Below the pieces are notes generated by a model. The model saw only the letters and a list, made by a program, of their open reading frames with translations. It ran no database searches and was not told the origin of the DNA. 64,000 nt of DNA from positions 21,011-85,010 of the IMG/VR virus record IMGVR_UViG_2703719088_000001; one strand, written 5' to 3'. Numbering within the stretch: position 1 is the stretch's first letter; every line of letters starts with the position of its first letter. The DNA is from a virus. Taxonomy: Duplodnaviria > Caudoviricetes. This document shows positions 37,451 through 47,134 of the stretch, in pieces. The position numbers and the translations under genes were made by a program.

Positions 37451-38394
37451 CGTTTTTCTTTTATCATGTCACTGATCTGATAATAAACATTTATTATGTT
37501 ATGATATATATCATCGCGATTCATCTTCTTGTTACCTATGGACTTACATATTTCATAAAGCTTGTCACATACATCGTGCAATGTGCTCTTTTTAATGTTT
37601 ACAGTCCGTACAGCATCAAGTTTTGCGCCTATCTTATTTCTCAATTTGTTTTCAATATACTTCTCTGCGTCCAATACCTCTTGATACGAGCCATAGATAT
37701 ATTGTGGTTTATCATCATTTCCAAACTGGTCTTTTTTCGTGAGGAAAAATTCAGAACCACAAAACTCCAACCATTTGTAGTCGCTAATCCCATGCAGAAT
37801 ATAGTATTCCTTGGCACCGGCGTCCTGCGCTTCCTTATCTGAATTGAAACAGGGAACACCATACTCTTCCATAATACATTTAACAATGTCGTTGGTGAAC
37901 TCCCATTTATTGAATTCAAACACAAAGTGATCAGGATATTTGTCAGAGTCATGCTTCTTGATTACTCCCGCACATTTGGTATACTTGTCCGGATTATAGA
38001 ACGCCTCTTCAAACACAACAGGAACAACCTCGTATTCAAAATATGTGCGATTTACAGCAATATACATCTGTTCCATTTTGCGGGACATATACTCGCTTTC
38101 CAAATCCTTATAACCACCGCCATCCTTTCTGAATGATTTGAGCCTATCGTTGTATTCAATGACAGACATTATTTCCTCTGTTTCTCTATTCATGTAATAG
38201 GCGATAGTAGTATGCTTGATTGCTCTCTGAACCTCAACATCATGTCCTTGAACAATGAGATCATTGTCTTTCCATGATGTTCCTGAAATTTGTACGACCT
38301 GCCCGTTGACGAGCAAATGATCTTCGTTATATGTCTGCTTGATTTTCAGGTGGCAGACATCTTTATCCTTGAAATAAATTGCTGAGATAATCAT
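37447..38394 (-). CDS. hypothetical protein
   Basis: 315 aa ORF. Confidence 0.75.
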   Translation of the reverse strand: MIISAIYFKDKDVCHLKIKQTYNEDHLLVNGQVVQISGTSWKDNDLIVQGHDVEVQRAIKHTTIAYYMNRETEEIMSVIEYNDRLKSFRKDGGGYKDLESEYMSRKMEQMYIAVNRTYFEYEVVPVVFEEAFYNPDKYTKCAGVIKKHDSDKYPDHFVFEFNKWEFTNDIVKCIMEEYGVPCFNSDKEAQDAGAKEYYILHGISDYKWLEFCGSEFFLTKKDQFGNDDKPQYIYGSYQEVLDAEKYIENKLRNKIGAKLDAVRTVNIKKSTLHDVCDKLYEICKSIGNKKMNRDDIYHNIINVYYQISDMIKEKR

Positions 38395-38396
38395 AA

Positions 38397-39431
38397 TTAT
38401 TTTTTTGCTATAACCACATTCAAAACTTCTTTTAAAAATTTTGCTATCTTGACGAGTTCCGGAATATCCTTATACTCATCTTCTCTACCACAACACAAAT
38501 CTTGTGTCATATTAAAGGTGTTGTACTGATAGTGTCCTGGATCTTCGTAGAATTTGCACAGCTCGACCAGTTCCTTGAACCATCGATCCTTGATTCCGCT
38601 CGGTATATCCTTATAGACACCCTCCTTCGCTTTAATTGCATCGTCGCAACCAGAATTGCTTATCAACGTCCATATCAGATGTGCGGCTACCTTCTCGCTC
38701 AATTTATCAATACGCTTTGCCAGCAAAGCATCGTACTCCTCTTTGGTGATGTCGTGCCATTTGCCATCGTCGCCCTCAGTGCTATACATATTCAAGTCAA
38801 CTCGATCTCCTTCTGGAGTAATGACGTAAAATATACCTCTCGTGTCGAAGTCTCCGTGCTTCTTGTCCGTGAGGAAAGTCTGTGCAAAAATCTTATACTT
38901 GCCTTTTTGGGGCATGTACGGCATTGTGATTGGGAACATTTCGTCGATGAAGCCTGTCCACGAACCATAGGTGTCAGACGGATTTTCCACATTGATGTAA
39001 TACGCTCTATCTACATCGTGATAACTAACCTTGCCATCAAGCGTTTCCTCGCGGAACAGGCTCGACATTCTCGGACATTGTAGGCTCGATTTCAAACCAC
39101 GTTCTATCAGGCTCTCTTCTGGCTCTAACGAATGTACCTCAGTACCATTGGCTCTAACAAAGAAATCTTCATCATTAATAGGGGTAAGAGGTTGCCCTTC
39201 CATCAACCTAATCAGAATGTTCTTCGTCATACTGAAGCTAAAACCACTATGGCCATCCTCGCACAACGACTTGTAGGCTTTCAATGCTGACTTGTAGCAG
39301 CTACACCCATAATCAAAATCCTCGCTATCAAAGTCGATGTTCGGATTCTCTCTCTTGCAGGCTATTCGGCATTCCTGCTCTGCCCAATTTGACATGCTCA
39401 TATCTTTTCCTCTTTTTTGTATATAATTCAT
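38397..39431 (-). CDS. hypothetical protein
   Basis: 344 aa; DGHSGFSFS...PLTPI motif. Confidence 0.75.
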   Translation of the reverse strand: MNYIQKRGKDMSMSNWAEQECRIACKRENPNIDFDSEDFDYGCSCYKSALKAYKSLCEDGHSGFSFSMTKNILIRLMEGQPLTPINDEDFFVRANGTEVHSLEPEESLIERGLKSSLQCPRMSSLFREETLDGKVSYHDVDRAYYINVENPSDTYGSWTGFIDEMFPITMPYMPQKGKYKIFAQTFLTDKKHGDFDTRGIFYVITPEGDRVDLNMYSTEGDDGKWHDITKEEYDALLAKRIDKLSEKVAAHLIWTLISNSGCDDAIKAKEGVYKDIPSGIKDRWFKELVELCKFYEDPGHYQYNTFNMTQDLCCGREDEYKDIPELVKIAKFLKEVLNVVIAKK

Positions 39432-39433
39432 CT

Positions 39434-40186
39434 TCAGTCCTCCATTTCTTCCACTTTGGCAAGTTCCGTGCGAAGCCCCTGTATGGTACTCACGAAAGCA
39501 TCATAACTCTTACGCTTGTCCTCAAGAGCCTTGGCTTCTTGGTCGTAAACCAAATTGTTCTTATATGCATCGCGAGCCTCTTTTGTGGTGAAACCATACC
39601 AAGCCTCATCACACGGATAATCTCCGTCATAATTCATCTTGTTAAGGACAAGATGGTCTGGGTAATTCTCATCAAGTTTCAACCCGCGCTCCGTCTCAAA
39701 GGTGCGCAATCCATGCTTGTCGAAGATTTTGAGACGGATTCTATCACTCCCTTCTAAGTTGTCCTTCTTTCTCAGGACATAGATTTCATCATCGAAGTCA
39801 ATGTTTTCCCAATGTTGCTCCGGAACATCATAGCGTTTCATCGTATCAACCTTCTCTTCCATTAACGTTACCTCTTTGGCCAACGCCTCAACCTTTTCCA
39901 CATATTCCATGATACGAGTAGAGTAGATGTTGGTGTAGGCCAATTTGCGTGACGTATAATAGTATGAATCCATTGATTTTAGGTGCTCATGAATGTACTT
40001 ATGTTGCTTTGCCGCATCGTTTATTGCTACGTCAAACTCATAATGATCGCCAACGGCCTTGACTCTGATACGACAATTGGTATGATCTTTACATGTTGTG
40101 TCCTCATAGATGTTTCCATCAATCTGACGATAACGGGCAATACCTCTTAATGCCCTATACTTGAATAGTTCTTTTGGGTAATCCAT
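39434..40186 (-). CDS. hypothetical protein
   Basis: 250 aa ORF. Confidence 0.75.
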   Translation of the reverse strand: MDYPKELFKYRALRGIARYRQIDGNIYEDTTCKDHTNCRIRVKAVGDHYEFDVAINDAAKQHKYIHEHLKSMDSYYYTSRKLAYTNIYSTRIMEYVEKVEALAKEVTLMEEKVDTMKRYDVPEQHWENIDFDDEIYVLRKKDNLEGSDRIRLKIFDKHGLRTFETERGLKLDENYPDHLVLNKMNYDGDYPCDEAWYGFTTKEARDAYKNNLVYDQEAKALEDKRKSYDAFVSTIQGLRTELAKVEEMED

Positions 40187-40313
40187 AATGTTTATACTTC
40201 TAATTCAATATTTTTTATTTCAAGCCATTCATCGAAAGTGACAATATTCGAACTTCCATATTGTTCAAACAATGCTACCTCCATATAATATTGCTCCAAT
40301 GCTTCTGTTCGTG

Positions 40314-40550
40314 TCATAGTATATCTTCCTCCTTCTCAATGCGTTTGATCTTGAGTTCTTTTACAAGATGACAGTCCAGAACAATCTCAAATCTCTGATG
40401 CTCCATCACCTCATAGTGCCACCATTGTTTGTGAAGTCCGAAATACTTCAGGACATATATCAGTTCGTCACCATCAACAACTACAGCGACTACATGATAC
40501 TTTCGTTCTTGATACCAGAATGTTGTTCCAACAGTCAGTTTTACATCCAT
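40314..40550 (-). CDS. hypothetical protein
   Basis: 78 aa ORF. Confidence 0.7.
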   Translation of the reverse strand: MDVKLTVGTTFWYQERKYHVVAVVVDGDELIYVLKYFGLHKQWWHYEVMEHQRFEIVLDCHLVKELKIKRIEKEEDIL

Positions 40551-40552
40551 GG

Positions 40553-41275
40553 TCAGTCCTCCTTATATTTGTCAATAATCGGCTTGCATATCCGCAACAC
40601 CCGCTCCACCTTTTCGATGTCGAACCAGTCGTCAGTACGCACACCGCTCTCCATGTCAATCCAGAACGGCCCCGATGTATGCTTCCGCATCAGGAAGTCT
40701 AACTTGTCGCCCACGTTGTCGGGATTGAAACCGCCAGCATATCCGACCTTGCACGTCAAAGGCATTACCTTCAACGGTGTATCAATGCCACGGCCACCGC
40801 TTGCATCGAGCAGCATGGAACACTCGCCGAGGTGTGGTTTCCACGTCTCGCGTGTGGCGGCAAAGAGGTCGAGGTTTTCGGAGTCTCGCTGTTGCACGAT
40901 GACCTCATGTCCCCAGTCCGTTGCACTCACCACATGCGGATTGTCCTTACGTTCTGCCACGTTCAGCTGTAGTCGAGGAATCCTGCAATAGCAGCCATAC
41001 GTCAAGTGGAAGATGTCGTAGTAGTTGCCCCTCGCAGCGTCGGCAGCAGCCGAGCCGCAGATGTGAAGCGCAAGGTGTAATCCGTTGCCCATAACCTCAT
41101 GGCGAAGAATACGCGGGTCGAGATAGCGGTTGCCGTTCTCGTACCAATGATAGCTTGTCAGTACACCGAACTCTACAATCGGATATTCGCGCTGAATCTC
41201 CTTGAGGTCTCTGATGTTGGTCTTGGCATCAATGCCAGTGAATGTAATGTGTTGTAGTCTCATAATGTCGTTCAT
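40553..41275 (-). CDS. phosphoribosylanthranilate-isomerase-like TIM-barrel protein
   Basis: LLDASGGRG, GYAGGFNPDNV, FWIDMESGVRT. Confidence 0.6.
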   Translation of the reverse strand: MNDIMRLQHITFTGIDAKTNIRDLKEIQREYPIVEFGVLTSYHWYENGNRYLDPRILRHEVMGNGLHLALHICGSAAADAARGNYYDIFHLTYGCYCRIPRLQLNVAERKDNPHVVSATDWGHEVIVQQRDSENLDLFAATRETWKPHLGECSMLLDASGGRGIDTPLKVMPLTCKVGYAGGFNPDNVGDKLDFLMRKHTSGPFWIDMESGVRTDDWFDIEKVERVLRICKPIIDKYKED

Positions 41276-41904
41276 AGCGTGATTTCCTCCTTGATGATTA
41301 TTACTTTTACACGTGTGCCTTCTTCTGTTTCGTCGAAATTTGGCTTGTCAAGAATAATCGACACAAATCCAAGTCTACCATCAATCGCATTCTCCATCAT
41401 CTGCTTCTCTTTTGCCTCTGCCCCAGCATCAAATCCCTCTTGCCACAGTTTAGTTTTGAGTTCGCTAAACTTAAGTCTGTCTTTCTGATACTGCCATTCC
41501 GCAAAGTGGCGGGCAATAGCATCAAGTGTTTCTTCAAAAAGATACTCGGTTTCGTTTTGGAAAGAAACCTTGTATCTGATCACCTCTCGTTCCAAGTCTT
41601 CAGTAGCTGGCTCTTCCATCATCTGCTGTTTCTGCCATTCACAGAAATGTCGCGCAGTCATCATAATAACCTGCATCGTTTCTTCGCTGCCATGCTCCTT
41701 CAACCACTTCCATACCTCGACATCATACGCCAAGCCATAGTCCTCGATGGCAGGCTCGGTGGGTGATCTCATCTCTTTCTTGAGATAGCGCACCTTGTCT
41801 TGAACGGGAAGAGCGAGATTGTTGTATGTGCCATCAGTGCTCAAGTAGCAGTAATCAATGGCATCAATCAGTAGTGATAGTAATTTCTTCTCTTTGTCTG
41901 TCAT
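41272..41904 (-). CDS. hypothetical protein with internal ARHF.EWQ repeat
   Basis: ARHFCEWQKQQMM and ARHFAEWQYQK. Confidence 0.7.
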   Translation of the reverse strand: MTDKEKKLLSLLIDAIDYCYLSTDGTYNNLALPVQDKVRYLKKEMRSPTEPAIEDYGLAYDVEVWKWLKEHGSEETMQVIMMTARHFCEWQKQQMMEEPATEDLEREVIRYKVSFQNETEYLFEETLDAIARHFAEWQYQKDRLKFSELKTKLWQEGFDAGAEAKEKQMMENAIDGRLGFVSIILDKPNFDETEEGTRVKVIIIKEEITL

Positions 41905-41911
41905 AGCCCAT

Positions 41912-42211
41912 CTATTCTTTATTTTCTAACTCTCTTAAAATATTTTCTGCACAACTATGGAATCCATCCCAGAATATGGTATACGACGATTCATCATCGT
42001 ATTTTAGGCTTTGTTCCATACATCGGTGTCCCATCTCAAGATACTTCTTGACCATAGCAATAACATCTTTCTCTGCTTGTTCATAACCTTCTTGATACTT
42101 TTTTCTCGCAGTAGCATTTACATCAGCGAGATAGCCATATTGGTTTCCAACCCATTCTTCTTTGACTGGATATGCCTTCATTGCGGCTTCTTCTGCTTTA
42201 CTCATAGTCAT
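41912..42211 (-). CDS. hypothetical protein
   Basis: 99 aa ORF. Confidence 0.7.
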   Translation of the reverse strand: MTMSKAEEAAMKAYPVKEEWVGNQYGYLADVNATARKKYQEGYEQAEKDVIAMVKKYLEMGHRCMEQSLKYDDESSYTIFWDGFHSCAENILRELENKE

Positions 42212-42447
42212 TTCATTATCGCATCATACATCTGTTTTGCCTCTCTTGTGGTAATGGTTACTCCATTCATAGCACACTCCAATCGGTTGGCTATGTCTTG
42301 AATATTACCAATAATAAACCCAGAGCCGTTACACTTTGTGCATTCCCTTGTAGGCTTAATACCTTTTTCGTAAGCCTCCCAACAAGGAATATTGTAATAT
42401 CGTGGGTTATATACATAACCCTTACCTTTACATTTAGGGCATTCCAT
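42208..42447 (-). CDS. DnaJ-type zinc-finger protein
   Basis: CPKCKGKG and CTKCNGSG. Confidence 0.7.
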   Translation of the reverse strand: MECPKCKGKGYVYNPRYYNIPCWEAYEKGIKPTRECTKCNGSGFIIGNIQDIANRLECAMNGVTITTREAKQMYDAIMK

Positions 42448-42485
42448 CTTTCAAAGTGTTAGTGTATCAAATATACTCAAACTTA

Positions 42486-42776
42486 TCATCTACATTTTTG
42501 TTCTACAAACCGTATGGCTTCAATAATCACATAGTCTAAGGCGGTCGCATCTCCGCCACAACAAATACGATGATTGCCTAATTCATCACGCATATCCTTA
42601 AACTCATAGTTTTCATCATTTATTCCAAAGAATCTTGCCTCAAGCCACATATCACGTTCCAATAGCCAATCAAGGATCTCTGCGTATGTTGGTGTTCCAT
42701 TAAAAATACCACTTGGCATTTCTATCTCAATCGCAACTGGAACTGGTCTTGTATATTTTAAATAAGTTCTTTTCAT
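42486..42776 (-). CDS. hypothetical protein
   Basis: 96 aa ORF. Confidence 0.7.
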   Translation of the reverse strand: MKRTYLKYTRPVPVAIEIEMPSGIFNGTPTYAEILDWLLERDMWLEARFFGINDENYEFKDMRDELGNHRICCGGDATALDYVIIEAIRFVEQKCR

Positions 42777-42806
42777 ATCTCTATTTGTTAGTGCATCAGT
42801 AGATAT

Positions 42807-43123
42807 AATTACTCGTTTCTCGGAATATCAACACCATAAGTATCCTCAAGAATATCACAAAATTCATCATAACTCTGATTTTTCCAATCGATTTCATTAT
42901 TCCAACCTAAATTTGCCATATCAGTTATACTAATTAAATAACACCTTTCTTTTGCAGATATTCCACACATTTGAGTTGAGAGGCAATAGATGCTCCACTC
43001 TCATCATCGTCATAGCAATAAGTGGCTTCACACAGGTCATTCCAAGAAACATCACCCTTAATGTAGTCATTCGAGCTTATTGATGACTTTTTCAAGATAC
43101 TGGTCAATCTCTTGTTTTGTCAT
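42807..43123 (-). pseudogene. frameshifted hypothetical gene
   Basis: MTKQEIDQYLEKVINKLE* continues in another frame as NDYIKGDVSW...DIPRNE*. Confidence 0.45.
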
Positions 43124-43133
43124 AGCGGTCTTA

Positions 43134-43837
43134 TTAACTATACATTTCTCTCAATTTTCTGATAACGCCACTTCCGTAGGCATCCTTTACGATATCCAGA
43201 AAATACCCAACGGTGTATTCCTTGTCCATATTCAGCCCGTGGTCTCGGACGAACTGGTCACGGCCCATCGTGCAAGAACCGGTCAAGATGTGGTGCCAGT
43301 GGTAGAACACCTCGCATTTTTCCTTACTATCCAAGGACGGGAACTCCGCCTTGAACCTGTCCAGCCGCTCTTCCAACGGCATCTGCTCCATCGCCTTGGC
43401 TTGAGCATCCTCAGCGGCTTTTCTTAGTGTCTCGCCGTGAGCTAATGAATTGCCGCTGCGAGCAATGTAGCACGATGTAAGTGTCAGGTCGCCGTTGACA
43501 AGTCGCCCCTTTGCATAATAGTCTCCATGCACAGAATCTATGAGTGTCGGCAAGTTGTCAATATACCAAACCTTATTGCCGTTATATTCTTTCAAGCCGC
43601 CGTTGCCGTCGCCGTCGCCGTTGCCGGAGCCGTAGCCGGACCCGTAGCCGGAGCCGTAGCCGTAGCCGTCGCCGCGTCGCCGTCGCCGGAGCCGTCGCCG
43701 GAGCCGTAGCCGTCGCCGTCGCCGTCGCCGTTGCCGGAGCCGTTGCCGAAGCCGTAGCCGGAGCCGTAGCCGTAGCCGTCGCCGTAGCCGGTATTACGAG
43801 GCCGCAAGAAAGCCTCGATTACCTTGATATCTTCCAT
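43134..43837 (-). pseudogene. Gly-X repeat protein frameshifted within its microsatellite
   Basis: MEDIK...(GYGDGS)n reading frame lost at 43671-43680; restoring 1 nt joins it to LKEYNGNKVW... (ORF 43134..43595). Confidence 0.7.
43597..43790. repeat. GGC-NNN hexamer microsatellite (about 30 units)
   Basis: gccgtc/gccgta/gccgga/gccgtt tandem units. Confidence 0.95.
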
Positions 43838-44127
43838 ACGGCAACACTCTCTATTGATTTTACTGCCTTGTCCGAACAAGGGATAATCTCGATAACCCCG
43901 GTAATTACCATCTGCGGAACGACCAAGGAAAACTTGCACCCGTTCGGGTTAGCAACGCCGTTTACAGCAAGCTCTGAAATGCTCGCCGCTCCCGACCAAT
44001 ACCAGATTCTGCGGCAGTTGGTTAGTTCAACCTCGGTTCCCTCCTTCTCAGAGAGGGTTCCATAAAACACTCCCGCGCGGTCTGCGCGGACAATCACTTT
44101 CTTTCCAATGTAGTTTACGTTGCTCAT
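43819..44127 (-). CDS. DUF6948-like protein
   Basis: VIVRADRAGVFYG...RRIWYWSGAASISELAVNGV; adjacent to the Gly-repeat gene. Confidence 0.65.
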   Translation of the reverse strand: MSNVNYIGKKVIVRADRAGVFYGTLSEKEGTEVELTNCRRIWYWSGAASISELAVNGVANPNGCKFSLVVPQMVITGVIEIIPCSDKAVKSIESVAVWKISR

Positions 44128-44160
44128 ATTGTTAATTTATTAATGGTTATTCCACATCGT

Positions 44161-44388
44161 TTAAATACACTTGTTTTTTCCTTTCGGACACCATTCGAGG
44201 TCGTCAGCCCACGACAGAGTTAAGTGTCTGTATTTGCTTCCGTAATAGATGCGGATGCCCGTATGACACCACCTATTGCGCTCATATCGCCCAAATGGGT
44301 AGTTCGTAAAGGTTTTACTCTCAAACTCAAACCCGAAACGCTTGTGGTAGCCAAACGGAGTTTCGCAGATGTTGAATCGTAGTTTCAT
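44161..44388 (-). CDS. hypothetical protein
   Basis: 75 aa ORF. Confidence 0.6.
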   Translation of the reverse strand: MKLRFNICETPFGYHKRFGFEFESKTFTNYPFGRYERNRWCHTGIRIYYGSKYRHLTLSWADDLEWCPKGKNKCI

Positions 44389-44434
44389 AGCTGTTCAATT
44401 TTGTGCGCGACTATTCTCTCGTTCTTGTATTCTT

Positions 44435-44794
44435 TTAATCTTCTAATTGACTACCACTGTTATTCTTTAACTTTTCTATAAATAGATCTGCGACGGAAAT
44501 AGCTTTCTCTATTGCCTTCGACACACCTTCTGCGCCGATACGCAAACCACTCTCTGTGATAGCCTGTGGAAGCAGATTCTTGGCAACCTCATACCTGCGC
44601 TGTTCCCAGTCTGGTTCTTTCCAGAACTCGAAAAAGTCTGTTGGAACAACATGTGGGTCTTTTCCTTTATCCGATATGTTGAGACCTGTAAGAAAAGCAA
44701 CCGGTCTGTCTAAGGCATCAAAACCAGCTTCCTTATAGAATGGTTCATACTCCTTCCATTCTGTAGTTCCATTTAATCTTACTTTCATTTTCAT
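44435..44794 (-). CDS. hypothetical protein
   Basis: PDWEQRRYEVAK...ADLFIEKL. Confidence 0.7.
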   Translation of the reverse strand: MKMKVRLNGTTEWKEYEPFYKEAGFDALDRPVAFLTGLNISDKGKDPHVVPTDFFEFWKEPDWEQRRYEVAKNLLPQAITESGLRIGAEGVSKAIEKAISVADLFIEKLKNNSGSQLED

Positions 44795-45552
44795 TTTATC
44801 AAACTGTTTACTTCGTTAATAATCTTATCTTTATATCCATCCGACATCTCGATGATGTTCACGTATTTCAACTTAGACAATGCATATATCAGCAACGGGT
44901 TGTGGATTGTCGCGATAATCTGTATTTTCGGTTTATGATATGACAGAACGCCAAGTATTTCTTTCGCATTTCCGATGTCAAGATTCCTGTCTGGCTCATC
45001 CATGAGTATCGTCCATTCATTTCCATCAACCCTGTGTTTCTTTATATAATCAATGTAATCACTATAACGCACAGCCTCATTTTCGTAGTCAAAATATAAC
45101 CTCGAACCTTTGGAAAACATCCGTTTGAACATCGATTGTATTGCTATTGAAACACCTTCACCCTTAGAGGAATGCATTATTTCAAATGCCTCTCCAAAAT
45201 GTGCAAAGTCTTTCATATTTTCATCATCATCTCTCTCATCCGGGTGGCACAACCTGAAAATATTTCTCTTATAGTCGGCATACACGTCAATTCCGTCAAG
45301 GAATACATCCCCAAATCCGAATAGACTATTCAATTTATCGTTATACAAACCCCTCGAACACTCTTCTTTGTCAACCATCAAATAGCATTCAATCAGCTTC
45401 ATCAGAGTTGTCTTTCCGCTCCCGTTCTCTCCGATGACAATGTTTACACCAGGATTGAACTTGTAAACAGACCCGTTCTTAAGAGCTTCGATTTTCTGCA
45501 CATATGGCAATGGGCAGCTATCATTCCGTTTTATCTCTATTCTATCTATCAT
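44791..45552 (-). CDS. ABC-type AAA ATPase
   Basis: GENGSGKTT, SKGE signature-like motif, LMDEPD, ATIH. Confidence 0.8.
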   Translation of the reverse strand: MIDRIEIKRNDSCPLPYVQKIEALKNGSVYKFNPGVNIVIGENGSGKTTLMKLIECYLMVDKEECSRGLYNDKLNSLFGFGDVFLDGIDVYADYKRNIFRLCHPDERDDDENMKDFAHFGEAFEIMHSSKGEGVSIAIQSMFKRMFSKGSRLYFDYENEAVRYSDYIDYIKKHRVDGNEWTILMDEPDRNLDIGNAKEILGVLSYHKPKIQIIATIHNPLLIYALSKLKYVNIIEMSDGYKDKIINEVNSLIK

Positions 45553-45782
45553 TTCTCTTTTACGAATAAATCATATAGAGTATCAGATCCAAACAACAGT
45601 TTGCCGTCTTCCTTGCACGTCATTGCTGATTGTACGCCACTATTGTACGTAACAACAAACAAGAGGCAATCAACATTGTTCATATCCCACTTCACTATCT
45701 CAACAGGCAGATAGTTTCTTGTCACAACCTCCATCTTTCCAGACAAAATATTGTCCTTGTATTTGATATCAAAAGGAATCAT
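45549..45782 (-). CDS. hypothetical protein
   Basis: 77 aa ORF. Confidence 0.65.
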   Translation of the reverse strand: MIPFDIKYKDNILSGKMEVVTRNYLPVEIVKWDMNNVDCLLFVVTYNSGVQSAMTCKEDGKLLFGSDTLYDLFVKEK

Positions 45783-45971
45783 TTCAAAGGATATTTATCT
45801 CACCACTTTTAATTGTGATAATAGTATCTTCTGGCAAATCTAAATCGCCTTCCTCGCTAATTGTTGCAGCAAGGTCTTTGATTATCACCGAAATCTTCAT
45901 TCTTCCGTCTCCTCCATGAAATAAGCGTTCTTCATTGCCTCGCACAGAAGGCTGGAAATAGTGCAAACATA

Positions 45972-46229
45972 TTATTGCTCGTCCCTGTCATGATCGAAAT
46001 ACCCTGCTGTTCTAAGAATGGAATGCATAAGTTCATGGTAGAAAGTATTCTCCTTGCTCCCTTCAGACTGAAACAAGTCCTTCCCGCACTTATGCGCGAT
46101 TTCAATATAACCACCGCATACACAGCATACTCCGAGGTCATTATTGTCTAATTCTTCAACATAGCGTACATTGATTTCTTGTCCGCCAACTTGAAACATC
46201 TTCGGTATCTTCTCGTATTTTATTGTCAT
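45972..46229 (-). CDS. small HExxH metallopeptidase-like protein
   Basis: TFYHELMHSIL. Confidence 0.55.
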   Translation of the reverse strand: MTIKYEKIPKMFQVGGQEINVRYVEELDNNDLGVCCVCGGYIEIAHKCGKDLFQSEGSKENTFYHELMHSILRTAGYFDHDRDEQ

Positions 46230-46235
46230 AGCTTT

Positions 46236-46856
46236 TTATTTGATTAGTTCAAAAGTGTATGCAAAAACCCATGGATTGGATTCCCATGTGCCATTTCCTG
46301 ATATTTTGTCAATAAGAGACGCAAAAGCATCCTTTGGAGATTTAAACCACCTTGTGGCCAGAATATCTCCATCCTGATCATACGCCCAATCATAAGCATA
46401 CCCATTGTCATATGTCTTGCAGTTGCTCTTGACGACTCCTTCCTTTAAAGCGTCTTCATCAGAAATATCCTGCAATGGTTCTACCTTTATATCGGTAATG
46501 AGTATTCTATGAGGCATCCATTCTGGTTTGACAAACATTTTGTTTTCACTTCCTTTCTCACCCCTGATACATTCCAATGGGAAGGATGGATCGGACTTCC
46601 TAAGTGCATCGTAGAAAGCATCACAATGTCGCAAGTCCATATATCTTTGAGCCACTGCAACATCCTCGTTTATTTCATACATGCTTCTGGCAACTATCTG
46701 CCATCCATCAAGTAACAGCAATCGCCCCCTGTCGTCAATCGAATGTCCTGGTTTAAACCACAGCTTATCTCGCGCAATGCGCCTTGTCATTGTCTTTCTG
46801 CCTTCAAGTACAGCTTCCGTTAGTCCGTACTTGTCATTAAATATTATTTTCTTCAT
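46236..46856 (-). CDS. ASCH/PUA-like domain protein
   Basis: LEGRKTMTRR, ITDIKVEPLQDISDEDALKEG, WESNPWVFAYTF. Confidence 0.65.
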   Translation of the reverse strand: MKKIIFNDKYGLTEAVLEGRKTMTRRIARDKLWFKPGHSIDDRGRLLLLDGWQIVARSMYEINEDVAVAQRYMDLRHCDAFYDALRKSDPSFPLECIRGEKGSENKMFVKPEWMPHRILITDIKVEPLQDISDEDALKEGVVKSNCKTYDNGYAYDWAYDQDGDILATRWFKSPKDAFASLIDKISGNGTWESNPWVFAYTFELIK

Positions 46857-46858
46857 AT

Positions 46859-47134
46859 CTATATGCTTTTAAGTGCATCCAAAAATTTTGCTTTGCTTTT
46901 ATATATTTTGTCTCCTATTCTGTAGTGTCTATATGCTCGTCCTGGCTCTCCGAACTTATCCATTTTGACGTGAACGCAGAAACCAATCTTTCCGTCTTCT
47001 GATGAATATGTTGTAAGATGCTCGTCTGCAAAACTCATGTGTCCAACCCAATGAAATAAGACTTGTTCTAATTCTCTTTCTGTCATATCACATAAGTTTT
47101 TTGAGGTCATTGTAGAGCGAATCAAGAGCAGCAA
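46859..47134 (-). CDS. hypothetical protein
   Basis: ORF; true start probably about 47086. Confidence 0.6.
   Translation of the reverse strand: MLLLIRSTMTSKNLCDMTERELEQVLFHWVGHMSFADEHLTTYSSEDGKIGFCVHVKMDKFGEPGRAYRHYRIGDKIYKSKAKFLDALKSI

Noticed and set aside
43544-44065. Plus-strand Ala/Val-repeat and Arg/Ser-repeat ORFs
   Set aside because: These are alternative-frame readings of the Gly-X microsatellite.
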